In this document: one piece after another, positions 18,905-28,649 of the stretch
Position numbering within the stretch: the first letter of the stretch is position 1
How the letters are laid out: every line of letters begins with the position of its first letter
Assembly: GCA_965263025.1 (NCBI GenBank)
Contig: OZ253578.1
Span: 2,943,300 to 3,007,299 of the forward strand
From: Chloroflexota bacterium
GTDB taxonomy: Bacteria; Chloroflexota; UBA11872; VXNJ01
Length of the DNA stretch: 64,000 nucleotides
Direction: 5' to 3'
Program-made: the position numbers and the translations under genes
Notes under the pieces: model-generated
Databases searched by the model: none
What the model saw: only the letters and a program-made list of their open reading frames with translations
What the model was told of the DNA's origin: nothing

Positions 18905-19090
18905 TGGGCGTGCATGGTTCGACGGGCGCGGCATCGCCGGGGCGTAGATTCTTCACTTGCGTTCAGAATGACACAGATGGACGTTCGGAATGACAGAGTG
19001 GGGCGTTTGGAATGACGCGGGTGGTGGGCGTGTGGTCGTGCATGGTTCGACGGGCGCGCCGTGTACGGGGAGAGGGGCGGGGTTTTGTGC
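18905..19090. repeat. dispersed repeat cluster
   Basis: CGTGCATGGTTCGACGGGCGCG occurs twice (18909-18930 and 19038-19059). 18941-18973 matches 5436-5468. There are three (T/C)GGAATGAC(A/G) modules and a GGGGAGAGGGG half-palindrome. Confidence 0.8.
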
Positions 19091-20169
19091 TAGGCGTTCT
19101 CCGAGAACCGGACTTTCAGCGCTTTGAGTTCGGGGATGGCGTTCTGAAGTATTTGTATTGCGATCACGGCGTCGTTGATGTCGAACAGCTCCACCGGCGA
19201 GTGGGAGTAACGCCGCGGGATCGTGAGGGCTGCGGTGGGGATTCCGCCGCGGGCCATGTGAATCAGCACTGCGTCGGTATTTGCGTTTTGCAAGGCGGCG
19301 AGCTGGTAGGGCAAATTGGCGCCTTCGGCGGCCGATCTCAGCCACCGCATGACCGCCGGATGCGCGGTAAAGCCCGCGCCGGGCCCCTGCGAGGCGACCT
19401 GAAGGACAGGTCCGAGGCCTATCTTGATCGGGAGTTCCTTTTCGAAGTCGACGTCGGGCGTGCCGCCGGACGGGGTCGTGTCTATTGCGACGGCCAGGTC
19501 CGGATCGACCGTGAAGGCCGTCATCTGGCCGCCGCGCCAACCGGTCTCTTCGTGAGTGGTCGCCACCGCGTAGATGGATCCGGCGAAGTCCGAGTCGAGC
19601 GCTTGCATCAGATATACGAGAATCGCACAGCCGATTCGATTGTCGGCGTAGGCGCCGCATAGCAGGTCGGGGTTCGACATCTCCTCGATCGGGCTGTGAT
19701 AGCGCACGGGGCTGCCGATCTCGATTCCCATCCCGGCCACTTCATCGGCCGAGCCGGCTCCCACGTCTACGTAAAGATCGGCGAGCGGGGTCACCGCCCG
19801 CAACTCTTCCGGTCGGCGTATGTGTCCGGGTCGAACTCCCACGACTCCCGGCACGTCGTTGACCCATACCTTGCGTCCCACCAGGAGCGCGTCGACGATG
19901 CCTCCCATGCGGAACATTCGCATGAAGCCGTCATTGTCGATGCTGCGGACTATGCAGCCGATTATGTCTGAATGACATGCCAGCATGAGCCTGGGGCCTG
20001 GCGCGGAGCCGTCCTTGCGCGCGATGACGTTGCCCATCGGATCGATGCGCACGTCGTCCACGCTCGGCTCGAACATGGCTTTGAGCGCTTCGGCAATCGG
20101 CCCCTCGCTGCCTGACACGCCGGGCACCGAGGCCAGCTTGAGGAAAATGTCCCTGAGTTCCTGTTTCAT
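19090..20169 (-). CDS. M42-family metallopeptidase (aminopeptidase/endoglucanase-like)
   Basis: I moved the start to the ATG at 20169 (GGGAGG upstream). The 359 aa begin with the typical L..L....G.SG.E opening (LKLASVPGVSGSE) and contain M42 metal-ligand blocks. Confidence 0.75.
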   Translation of the reverse strand: MKQELRDIFLKLASVPGVSGSEGPIAEALKAMFEPSVDDVRIDPMGNVIARKDGSAPGPRLMLACHSDIIGCIVRSIDNDGFMRMFRMGGIVDALLVGRKVWVNDVPGVVGVRPGHIRRPEELRAVTPLADLYVDVGAGSADEVAGMGIEIGSPVRYHSPIEEMSNPDLLCGAYADNRIGCAILVYLMQALDSDFAGSIYAVATTHEETGWRGGQMTAFTVDPDLAVAIDTTPSGGTPDVDFEKELPIKIGLGPVLQVASQGPGAGFTAHPAVMRWLRSAAEGANLPYQLAALQNANTDAVLIHMARGGIPTAALTIPRRYSHSPVELFDINDAVIAIQILQNAIPELKALKVRFSENA

Positions 20170-20437
20170 GCGCCCGCCTCCCTCGTTCTGATCGAAGATC
20201 GAACGCCGGGGATGAATCAATTGCAAACGGCGATCATGCTATCACCCGTCCGTGGGCGCGGTCGAACTACAGGGAGGCCGCGTCTCTCGACGGTCTGGCG
20301 CGGGTTAGACTTTCCCGCCGGGTATTCGCGCTGGAGAGATAGGTGAACCGGCGCGGCGCGGGCTTGCCGCAAGCCGCCCGCGGTTTGCCGTTGCGGAACG
20401 AGCCCGCCTGCCTTGAGCGAGAACGGAGGACGATGAT

Positions 20438-21457
20438 TTGGAAACCTTGAAGATCGGGATCATCGGCTGTGGAAACATGGGCCAGAGCCACATCTCGACA
20501 ATGAAAGAACTCGACTCGATCTCGATCGCGGCGCTTGCCGATCCCGTTGAGGCCAACGTGGCCGAGGCCGCGGCAATGGCCGGCGGCGGCGCGGCGCAGT
20601 TCAGCCACTACAGCGCGTTGCTGGCCGATCCCGATGTTGACGCGGTAGTGGTGGCCACTCCCAATTTTCTGCACGCTGAAGTGACGATCGCCGCCCTCGA
20701 AGCGGGGAAAGACGTTCTGTGCGAAAAGCCGATGGCGCTAACCGTCGATGACTGTGACGCGATGTGGAACACGGCGCAGAGGCTTGGCAGAAAGCTGATG
20801 GCCGGTCAGGTGCTGCGCCTGATGCATCCGTTCGTCGATATGCGCGAGTTCATCGCCTCGGGCGAGATCGGCGAGCCGCGCTCGGCAAACATCGAGCGTA
20901 TCAGCGGAGCGTGGGTCTTCTCGCTGGCCAAGGCGGATACCTGGAGGATGAGCAAGGAAAAGACGGGGGGCTTGCTGTACGAGATAAACGCCCACGAGCT
21001 CGACCTGCTTAGATCGGTCTTCGGCGAACCCACGCAGGTTTACGCGCGGAGCGTGAACGTCGCGAGTCCCAGTCACGACTACGAGGACACCAACCTGGTG
21101 CTGGCCGAGTTTGCGGGAGGCCAGTCGGCGACCCTGTATGGCTCCAGCGCCAGCGCCTTCGCCCGGACCACGGGGACTTTCTTCTGCACGGAAGGGAGCG
21201 TGTCGTACGGGTGGGGCTTCGACAAATCGGACTCACGCGCATTGCACTACAAGAAATTCGGCGACGATGAACCGACGCCGATCGAGTTCGCGGACGACAC
21301 CAAAGCCGGACTGGGCACGCAGGCGCAGAGCTTTGCGAAATGGGTTCTGGAGGACGTAGCGCCCGAGGTCACCGGCTGGGATGGCCGCCAGTCGGTGGCG
21401 ATGGCCGAGGCGGCGTATGAATCGGCTCGCGCCAACGTCCCGGTGAAAGTGAAGTAA
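20438..21457 (+). CDS. Gfo/Idh/MocA-family oxidoreductase
   Basis: 339 aa, TTG start after GGAGGA. It has LKIGIIGCGNMG (Rossmann), CEKP, and a C-terminal dimerisation domain. Confidence 0.78.
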   Translation: METLKIGIIGCGNMGQSHISTMKELDSISIAALADPVEANVAEAAAMAGGGAAQFSHYSALLADPDVDAVVVATPNFLHAEVTIAALEAGKDVLCEKPMALTVDDCDAMWNTAQRLGRKLMAGQVLRLMHPFVDMREFIASGEIGEPRSANIERISGAWVFSLAKADTWRMSKEKTGGLLYEINAHELDLLRSVFGEPTQVYARSVNVASPSHDYEDTNLVLAEFAGGQSATLYGSSASAFARTTGTFFCTEGSVSYGWGFDKSDSRALHYKKFGDDEPTPIEFADDTKAGLGTQAQSFAKWVLEDVAPEVTGWDGRQSVAMAEAAYESARANVPVKVK

Positions 21458-21560
21458 CAGGTCGGACCAAACGAGAGCGGTTCTCAGTTTGTTGGGGAGG
21501 CGGCGGGGCTGGCGTCGCGGAAAGTCCGTTTCGCGCGTGATGCGGTAATCGAGATCCGTT

Positions 21561-22691
21561 ATGGCTAGCGCCGGAATCGAAAGACAGGCAACCGAGCAGC
21601 CCGCGCCGTTCGAGAACTTTGTCAGCGCGGCGAGCGACGGCATCGTGATCGTCGACTCTCAAAGGCGGATAGTCATCTTCAACGGCGCCATGCAGACGAT
21701 CACGGGATGGCCGTCCGAAGAGGCTATCGGTGAGGATTGCGACGAAGTCATCCGGGATCCGGCGCCGCTTCCCGGCGGCGGGAGCTTGGGAGCGTTCCCG
21801 TTCAGGGAGGTGCTGGAAACCCGGCGGTCCCTCCCCTATCGGGAAACGGTATTACTGCACCGGGACAGCCGCAAGATCGACGTTGGCGCAAGCTGTTCGT
21901 TTGTGCCCTCGGCGCGAGATGAGCAGCCGTTCGCCGCGGCGATCGCGCGCGACATCAGCGCAATGAAGGACGCCGGGGGCGTCAAGTCCGACTTCGTTTC
22001 CCTGGTGTCACACGAGTTGCGCACGCCGCTGGCGCTCATCAAGGGTTATATCGCAACGCTTCTCAAGCCGGAAGTCCGACTCGACGCGGGCACCGAGCTT
22101 CGATTCCGCGAAGGAATCAACGAGGCGGCGGACCGGCTGGCGCTGATCGTCAACAACTTTCTGAGCGCGTCCAGAATCGAATCGGGACTTTTCAGGCCGC
22201 ATCTGAAGGAAACCGATATCAGGCCGGATGTCGAACGGGTGGTGGCGGAGCTTCGGGAAAGCGCACACGGGCAGCTTGAACTTCGCTGGACGGGGAAGAA
22301 TTTCAAAATCCGCGCGGACGGCGGGCAGCTAGCGCTCGTTCTAAACAATCTTGTCGGCAACGCCATCAAATACGCCGGGGACGACGAGAGCCTGCCGATT
22401 CGGATTACTGTTGGCGGGCGTGAGAAGGACATCCTGATAACGGTCCGGGATCGGGGAATGGGCATACCGCGAGAACTTGGCGAGCGGATTTTCGAGAAGT
22501 TCTACAGAGGGCCGGAGAGCGTCGGCGCGCCGGGTTCGGGACTGGGGCTTTATATCTGTCAAAAGATCGTTGAAGCCCATGGCGGGAGTATTGCGCTGAG
22601 TCAGGATTCGGACGTCGGAACGGAGATATCGTTCACGCTTCCGCGTCGCGCCGAACGGCAAACTGACGGCGGAGGGTTGAGCGGCTCGTGA
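21561..22691 (+). CDS. cytoplasmic PAS-domain sensor histidine kinase
   Basis: 376 aa with a PAS region (GIVIVDSQRRIVIFNGA), H-box SHELRTPL, N-box NLVGNAIKY, G1 DRGMGI and G2 GSGLGL. It has no TM segment. Confidence 0.85.
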   Translation: MASAGIERQATEQPAPFENFVSAASDGIVIVDSQRRIVIFNGAMQTITGWPSEEAIGEDCDEVIRDPAPLPGGGSLGAFPFREVLETRRSLPYRETVLLHRDSRKIDVGASCSFVPSARDEQPFAAAIARDISAMKDAGGVKSDFVSLVSHELRTPLALIKGYIATLLKPEVRLDAGTELRFREGINEAADRLALIVNNFLSASRIESGLFRPHLKETDIRPDVERVVAELRESAHGQLELRWTGKNFKIRADGGQLALVLNNLVGNAIKYAGDDESLPIRITVGGREKDILITVRDRGMGIPRELGERIFEKFYRGPESVGAPGSGLGLYICQKIVEAHGGSIALSQDSDVGTEISFTLPRRAERQTDGGGLSGS

Positions 22692-22731
22692 GCGGTGGAC
22701 GCAGCCTTGGACGGCGCGGGCGCGCGGGGAA

Positions 22732-23157
22732 ATGACCGACCATTCGGCCAGTGGCCGAAGGAGCAGCGTCCTCCTCATCGAGGACGAAGCAGGCATGGCC
22801 GAAGTGCTGAGTCTGAACCTGGAATCGGCGGGTCTGGAAGTGGAAGTAATACGAGACGGCGTCTCGGCGCTGGCCCGGCTCGATCACGCCCCGCCCGACG
22901 CCGTGGTTCTCGATCTGGGTCTGCCGAAAGTGTCGGGATATCGAGTGATGCGAGTTCTGCGGAACACTCCGGGCTGGGAAGCTACGCCCGTTCTGGTGGC
23001 TACGGCGTATAACTTCGAGGAGGCGGCGGACGTGATTCGCGAGGGAGTGGACGACTTTTTGACCAAGCCGTTCGAAATGGACGACCTCGTGCGGCGCGTC
23101 ATCGCGCTGATCCGCGGAAAGAGGCGGACGGACGCTGAAAGCCAGGGCGGCGGTTAG
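22732..23157 (+). CDS. single-domain response regulator (receiver only)
   Basis: 141 aa with LLIEDE, the phospho-acceptor context VVLDLGLP, and a conserved K (LTKPF). There is no output domain. Confidence 0.85.
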   Translation: MTDHSASGRRSSVLLIEDEAGMAEVLSLNLESAGLEVEVIRDGVSALARLDHAPPDAVVLDLGLPKVSGYRVMRVLRNTPGWEATPVLVATAYNFEEAADVIREGVDDFLTKPFEMDDLVRRVIALIRGKRRTDAESQGGG

Positions 23158-23230
23158 CTCTGCCGTAATGGCTCGGCTGAAGTAGAATGGGATGGCCTAG
23201 TAGAAGATTTTGCGCAGGGTCATAACTGCT

Positions 23231-24118
23231 ATGGAAAACGGCACGTATTCATTCACGCATAAAGCCGGCCTCGCCCAGATGCTCAAGGGCGGCGTCATCA
23301 TGGACGTGGTCAATGCCGATCAGGCCAAGATCGCCGAAGATGCCGGCGCCTGCTCGGTAATGGCGCTGGAGCGGGTTCCGGCCGACATTCGCAAGGACGG
23401 CGGCGTGGCGCGAATGTCCGCAGTTGAAAAGCTGGTCGAGATCAAGGAATCGGTCACGATCCCGGTGATGGCCAAGTGCCGCATCGGTCATTTTGTCGAG
23501 GCTCGCATCATTCAGGCGCTGAGCCTCGATTACATAGACGAGTCCGAAGTGCTAACGCCCGCCGACACGGCGAACCACGTGGACAAGCACGGGTACAAGA
23601 TTCCGTTCGTTTGCGGCGCGCGCGATCTGGGCGAGGCCCTTCGCCGTATTGGGGAAGGCGCGGCGATGATTCGAACGAAGGGCGAGGCCGGCACTGGCGA
23701 CATCGTCGAAGCGGTTCGCCACATGCGCAAGATCATGTCGCAAATCCGAAGGGTTACGACCCTGGTGGATGACGAGATTATGGCGGAGGCAAAGCGGCTT
23801 CAAGCGCCCTACGAGCTGCTCAAGGAAGTCCACCGGCTCGGCAGGCTGCCGGTGGTCAACTTCGCGGCGGGAGGCGTGGCGACGCCCGCCGACGCCGCTC
23901 TGATGATGCATCTGGGGGCCGAAGGCGTTTTCGTGGGATCGGGGATATTTAAATCGGACGATCCAGAAATACGCGGCAAGGCCATCGTCGAAGCCGTAAC
24001 CCACTACCAGAACGACGACATGCTGGCCCAGATTTCGCGCGGGCTCGGCGAGCCGATGCGGGGAATCGCAGTGGAGCAAATGGCCGCGGAGGAGCTGCTG
24101 GCAAAGCGAGGTTGGTAG
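23231..24118 (+). CDS. pdxS: pyridoxal 5'-phosphate synthase, lyase subunit
   Basis: A highly conserved PdxS sequence ([14 protein letters not shown]..., [16 protein letters not shown]). I chose the ATG at 23231 over the TTG at 23210. Confidence 0.92.
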   Translation: MENGTYSFTHKAGLAQMLKGGVIMDVVNADQAKIAEDAGACSVMALERVPADIRKDGGVARMSAVEKLVEIKESVTIPVMAKCRIGHFVEARIIQALSLDYIDESEVLTPADTANHVDKHGYKIPFVCGARDLGEALRRIGEGAAMIRTKGEAGTGDIVEAVRHMRKIMSQIRRVTTLVDDEIMAEAKRLQAPYELLKEVHRLGRLPVVNFAAGGVATPADAALMMHLGAEGVFVGSGIFKSDDPEIRGKAIVEAVTHYQNDDMLAQISRGLGEPMRGIAVEQMAAEELLAKRGW

Positions 24119-24152
24119 TCCTGCCGATCCTGACAGAGCGGTCGTAGTCTCG

Positions 24153-24725
24153 ATGGGTTCCGTGGGCGTTCTTGCCGTTCAGGGAGACTTTATCGAGCAC
24201 GTTCACGTATTGCGGCGGCTCGGACGGTCGTTCGGCGAAGTCCGCCTGCCCGAAGACCTGGACAAGGTTGACGCCCTGATCATTCCAGGCGGCGAGAGCA
24301 CGACCATCGGCAAGCTGGCCGACCGGTTCGGGCTTACCGAAGCGATTCGAGAGCGAACTCTCGAAGGCATGCCTCTGTGGGGCACGTGCGCGGGCATGAT
24401 TTTCATGGCGAAGAACCTGGGCGCGCATCGCCAGTCTATGCTGCAATTGATGGACATAGGCGTGGAGCGCAACGCGTTTGGCGCCCAGCTCGACAGTTTC
24501 GAGACCGATTTACCAATCAGCGCGCTTGGCGACCAGCCCTTTCACGCCGTGTTCATTCGCGCGCCGATTATCGAGCGCGTGGGAGAGGGCGTAGAGGTTC
24601 TCGCCAGGCTGTCCGATGGGCGGATCGTCGCGGCGGAGCAGAAAAACCTGCTGGCGACCGCCTTTCACCCGGAGCTCACCGACGACGCACGGTTCCACGA
24701 ATACTTTGTGGACAAGATCGGCTGA
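24153..24725 (+). CDS. pdxT: pyridoxal 5'-phosphate synthase, glutaminase subunit
   Basis: 190 aa with GVLAVQG, the catalytic GTCAGMI, and FHPEL. It lies directly downstream of pdxS. Confidence 0.9.
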   Translation: MGSVGVLAVQGDFIEHVHVLRRLGRSFGEVRLPEDLDKVDALIIPGGESTTIGKLADRFGLTEAIRERTLEGMPLWGTCAGMIFMAKNLGAHRQSMLQLMDIGVERNAFGAQLDSFETDLPISALGDQPFHAVFIRAPIIERVGEGVEVLARLSDGRIVAAEQKNLLATAFHPELTDDARFHEYFVDKIG

Positions 24726-24752
24726 TGCCGATGGCCGCTGGCAACCGGTCGC

Positions 24753-25739
24753 ATGGTTAGGAAGTCGCGAATCTGGGACGTTCCGAGCATAGTCCGGTCG
24801 TTCGTGCTCTCGCGCAACGGCGTCGTCGGAATCGTGCCTCCGTCGGGAAGTCTGATGCCCGGTTTGATCGCGGCGGCGTCGGCGCTCCCGGTCGTATCGG
24901 CGCGGTATCAGCCTTACATTGCCGGGGATAGCGGCAGACTGGGACTTGCGCTGGCGCGGCCTCGCCGCGAATCCGACCAGCTCGATCTGGCGTGGCTGCT
25001 CGTTCGCGCCCGCAACGGCTCGCGGGTCAACGGCCAGGTTCGCCAACCCGAAGACGAAACGCGAGTGGTATCCGATCTGGTCCAGGCTATATGCCGGGAC
25101 GCGGTGGAGACCGGGATGGTGAGCGTGTTCGCTCGAATTCCCGAAGACTGCGCGCATCTTGAGGTCTTTCGCAATCTGGGGTTCACGATTGTGGTTCGCG
25201 AGCACACGTACACGCGGCGTTCGACCAGCGTTGCGAATCGGGGCGAGCTTCCGAGCCTGCGCCGCCAGGAGGGTCCGGACGCGTGGAGCGTTCAGCAGCT
25301 TTATCGGGCTTGTACTCCGGCTTCGGTGCAGACTGCCGAGAACCTGACGAGCAGAACCTGGGAACCACCGCGCCGGCGGTTTGCGGGAATCCGCGGAGAA
25401 TCCGAATCGGACAGCTTCGTTATGGAAGACAAGCACGGGATCATTGCCTGGCTGAGAATCGATCGGGCGTCCGACGAGCCGAACCGCATCTCGCTGATGG
25501 TTCAGCCGGGAAACCGGGAGGTGGTTCCACGCCTGGTCGACTTCGCGCTAAATTGGTCGAGCGATTATCCCTGCGAAGCCGTGGTGACGGCGGTGCGGGA
25601 TTATGAAAGCGGCGCCATCGCCGCGCTGGAGGAGAGCGGTTTCAAAGCCATATACGCCAGAATCCTGATGGTTCGGAACCTGGGGATTCGGTTTGCGGAC
25701 AAGGTAAAGGCCCCGTCGTTGGGACGGGTTCCGAATTGA
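24753..25739 (+). CDS. hypothetical protein, possibly a tandem GNAT-like fold
   Basis: 328 aa. Two halves each end in a ...(L/A)EVFRNLGF / ...LEESGF string, reminiscent of the acetyltransferase C-terminal motif. No clear acetyl-CoA loop is visible. The family call is weak. Confidence 0.3.
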   Translation: MVRKSRIWDVPSIVRSFVLSRNGVVGIVPPSGSLMPGLIAAASALPVVSARYQPYIAGDSGRLGLALARPRRESDQLDLAWLLVRARNGSRVNGQVRQPEDETRVVSDLVQAICRDAVETGMVSVFARIPEDCAHLEVFRNLGFTIVVREHTYTRRSTSVANRGELPSLRRQEGPDAWSVQQLYRACTPASVQTAENLTSRTWEPPRRRFAGIRGESESDSFVMEDKHGIIAWLRIDRASDEPNRISLMVQPGNREVVPRLVDFALNWSSDYPCEAVVTAVRDYESGAIAALEESGFKAIYARILMVRNLGIRFADKVKAPSLGRVPN

Positions 25740-25847
25740 GCGCCAGGTAGGCCGTCTCTGAAAACCGCTCCTGTCGAATCAACCCATCACGTCGCGGAGA
25801 CCGACGGAGCCGAGCTCGACGCGCTACTGGCGATTCTTCCGGACGCG

Positions 25848-27329
25848 GTGGCCGAATCTATCCGGGGGCAGCCGGACAGCGAAGACCTGGTGGAGATCGT
25901 GCTCGATCTGGGCCGCCGCCCACTGGCCCGGTTCCTGTCGGGCGAGGTCGAGCTTGGCATGTGGGAAGTGGACTACGAAACGCTGGAGATGGTTGTGGCG
26001 GCGGTGGGGCAGTTCAGCGACGACAACCGCGCGGGCATTGCTCGCACGCTGCACCGAATCTCCGCTATTCGCAACCGATCGGGCAACATCGTCGGCCTCA
26101 CGTGCCGCCGGGGCCGGGCGATCTATGGCCGGGTGGAGATCATTCGGGACCTCGTAGAGTCGGCGAAGAGCACTCTGCTGCTGGGAAAGCCCGGCATCGG
26201 CAAGACGACCATGCTGCGTGAAGTTGCGCGAGTGGTTGCCGAGGACCTGGGCAAGCGAGTCATCGTCGTCGATACGTCCAACGAGATCGCCGGCGACGGC
26301 GACATTCCGCACGAGGGCATTGGCCGGTCGCGCAGAATGCAAGTCGCGTCGCCGCATCTGCAGCACCGCGTGATGATCGAGGCGGTCGAGAATCACATGC
26401 CGGAGACGGTAATCATCGACGAGATCGGAACAGAGCTGGAGACGGCGGCGGCTCGCACTATCGCCGAGCGCGGCGTCCAGCTCGTGGGCACGGCCCACGG
26501 GAATACGCTGGACAATCTGCTTTCGAATCCAACGCTGTGCGACCTGGTCGGCGGGGTGGAGTCGGTCACGCTTGGCGACGATGAAGCGCGGCGCAGAGGC
26601 ACTCAGAAGTCGATCCTCGAGCGCCGGGCCGCGCCAACGTTCGACGTTCTGGTCGAAATCAAGGATCGCGACCGGATAGTGGTGCATCGGGACGTGGCGG
26701 CCTCGGTGGACGCGTTGCTAAGGCGTGAAAGCGTTCTGACCGAGGTGAGGGTTGACAAGGACGGAAAAATTCAGGTCGAGCTGGATTACTCGGACGTCGA
26801 AGGCCCGGAAGCGCTCAGCTCGCTTAGCCCGCCCGAATCGCCGATAGCGCGCACCGGTCCGATGCGGGTATATCCGTTTGGCGTGAACCGCAAGCGCCTG
26901 TCACAGGCGTTAAAATCGCTTCGCCTCCACGCCGAAGTGGTTGATGGGCTCGACAACGTTGACGTGATGCTCACGCTTCGCAGCTACTACCGCAAGCGCC
27001 CCGCGCAGCTTCGCGAGGCCGAGGAGCTCAACGTGCCGGTGTACGTTTTGCGCAACAACTCGGTTGCTCAACTGGAGACTTGCCTGGCAAACGTTTTCGA
27101 GATGCACGCCGCGGTTCCGCCAAGCGATCCGATAGCCGAGGCCGAGGCCGCCGCGCGGCAAGTGCTGGAGACATCCGAAACCGCCGAACTCTGGCCGACC
27201 AACTCGTTTGCGCGCCGTTTGCAGCATCAGATCGCGGAACGCTATAACCTGAGCTCACGGAGCTTTGGAAGCGGACCCGGGCGCAGAGTGCATCTCTCCA
27301 AGCGCTTGCCCTGGCGGAAACGGTCATGA
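25848..27329 (+). CDS. AAA-type ATPase with C-terminal R3H-like domain (ycf45 / SpoIIIAA-like family)
   Basis: Walker A LLLGKPGIGKTT, Walker B VIIDEIG and TAHG are present, and the C-terminal ...RRLQHQIAERYNL... is R3H-like. The N-terminal conserved helix appears to continue upstream of the first canonical start (see finding). Confidence 0.75.
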   Translation: MAESIRGQPDSEDLVEIVLDLGRRPLARFLSGEVELGMWEVDYETLEMVVAAVGQFSDDNRAGIARTLHRISAIRNRSGNIVGLTCRRGRAIYGRVEIIRDLVESAKSTLLLGKPGIGKTTMLREVARVVAEDLGKRVIVVDTSNEIAGDGDIPHEGIGRSRRMQVASPHLQHRVMIEAVENHMPETVIIDEIGTELETAAARTIAERGVQLVGTAHGNTLDNLLSNPTLCDLVGGVESVTLGDDEARRRGTQKSILERRAAPTFDVLVEIKDRDRIVVHRDVAASVDALLRRESVLTEVRVDKDGKIQVELDYSDVEGPEALSSLSPPESPIARTGPMRVYPFGVNRKRLSQALKSLRLHAEVVDGLDNVDVMLTLRSYYRKRPAQLREAEELNVPVYVLRNNSVAQLETCLANVFEMHAAVPPSDPIAEAEAAARQVLETSETAELWPTNSFARRLQHQIAERYNLSSRSFGSGPGRRVHLSKRLPWRKRS

Positions 27330-28033
27330 CGTCGAGTTCGAATTCATACCCCGGGTTCCTCGTGGTTTTCGAAGGCCCGGACGGAGGTGGCAAGACGACG
27401 CAAAGCGGGCGGTTGTTTGCGCACCTTGAGCAATTGAACTATGAAATCATGTGGACGCGCGAGCCTGGCGGAACCGCGCTGGCCGAGCAGATAAGGGACG
27501 TGTTGCTTCACGATATGACCTATCGGATATCGCCGCGCGTCGAAGCCCTGTTGCTATCGGCCGCTCGCAGTCAGCACGTCGAAGAGGTAATCGGGCCCAA
27601 CCTCGCGGCGGGCCGCGTGGTAGTTTGCGATCGGTTCAAATACTCAACTGTCGCCTATCAGGGCGGCGGCTCCGGTTTGGACATTGACGACATTCACGCG
27701 CTTAACGAGTTTGCCACCGACGGCGTCGATGCGGATCTGGTGATACTTCTGGACATCGATTCCGCCGAGGGTCTGCGCCGGAAACTGCGGCTCGGCGGCG
27801 CGGGGGAACCTGGAACGAATAAGATGGAGCTTCGCGGCGTCGAGCATCAAGAGCGGGTTCGCAAGCAGTTTCGGCGGATGGCCAGCGAATCGCCGGATCA
27901 ATGGCTGGTAATCGACGGCTCGGCGGGCGCGGACGAAATCGGCAGCGAAATCGCGCGCCGCGTTACAAAGGAATTGGAATCGAGGTCAATAGCCCGTGCG
28001 AGCGCAAGCACGGGAAGGCTTTTCGGAACGTAA
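27326..28033 (+). CDS. tmk: dTMP (thymidylate) kinase
   Basis: P-loop FEGPDGGGKTT, a DRF/Y motif (CDRFKYST) and a lid region. The ATG overlaps the stop of the preceding gene (ATGA). Confidence 0.88.
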   Translation: MTSSSNSYPGFLVVFEGPDGGGKTTQSGRLFAHLEQLNYEIMWTREPGGTALAEQIRDVLLHDMTYRISPRVEALLLSAARSQHVEEVIGPNLAAGRVVVCDRFKYSTVAYQGGGSGLDIDDIHALNEFATDGVDADLVILLDIDSAEGLRRKLRLGGAGEPGTNKMELRGVEHQERVRKQFRRMASESPDQWLVIDGSAGADEIGSEIARRVTKELESRSIARASASTGRLFGT

Positions 28034-28063
28034 ATTGATCCACGTCAAACGACAGACTGTCTC

Positions 28064-28423
28064 GTGACTGCGGCCGACGGCGAGCAAGTAACGATCAAGC
28101 TCGTGGTGGCGATCGTCCAGGACGAAGACGCTGACGCGCTTGCGGATTCGCTGATCGCGGAGAAGTACGGGCTTACCCGTATCAATACCGCCGGCGGGCT
28201 TCTCAGGCAGGGCAACGTTTCGTTTCTGCTGGGCGTGGAAGAGGACCGGCTGGGTCAGCTACTGTCCATCATCCGCAGGAACTGCATTACGCGAACGCAA
28301 TACGTCAATCCGCTGCCGCCGATCATGGAGCCGGGCGAGTTCTACATGCCGTATCCGGTGGAGGTTCAGGTTGGCGGCGCGACGGTGTTCGTCTTCGACG
28401 TGGAGCGCTTCGAGCGGCTTTAG
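28064..28423 (+). CDS. darA: cyclic-di-AMP receptor, P-II-like (DarA/PstA, DUF970)
   Basis: 119 aa: KLVVAIVQDED...LTRINTAGGLLRQGN...PYPVEVQVGGATVFVFDVERF. It closely parallels B. subtilis YaaQ/DarA as I recall it, and has the same position after tmk. Confidence 0.8.
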   Translation: MTAADGEQVTIKLVVAIVQDEDADALADSLIAEKYGLTRINTAGGLLRQGNVSFLLGVEEDRLGQLLSIIRRNCITRTQYVNPLPPIMEPGEFYMPYPVEVQVGGATVFVFDVERFERL

Positions 28424-28649
28424 GCGGGCGCGCGCCTCTACAGACCGCCGAATAGCGCAATCCAATCCGTCCGGGCCGGCATCAACTTTTCGATATGCGC
28501 CACAAGAATGTTGGACTTACCCTCTTTCGCAAATGAACCGCTTTGCTAGATTCCGCCGAATCCCGGCGCTCTCTCCGTGATTCGTCGGGACAGGGGTTCA
28601 GGTGCTACGGTGAGCGTTCCAAATTCAACGTGAAACTCTGAGGTCGAGC

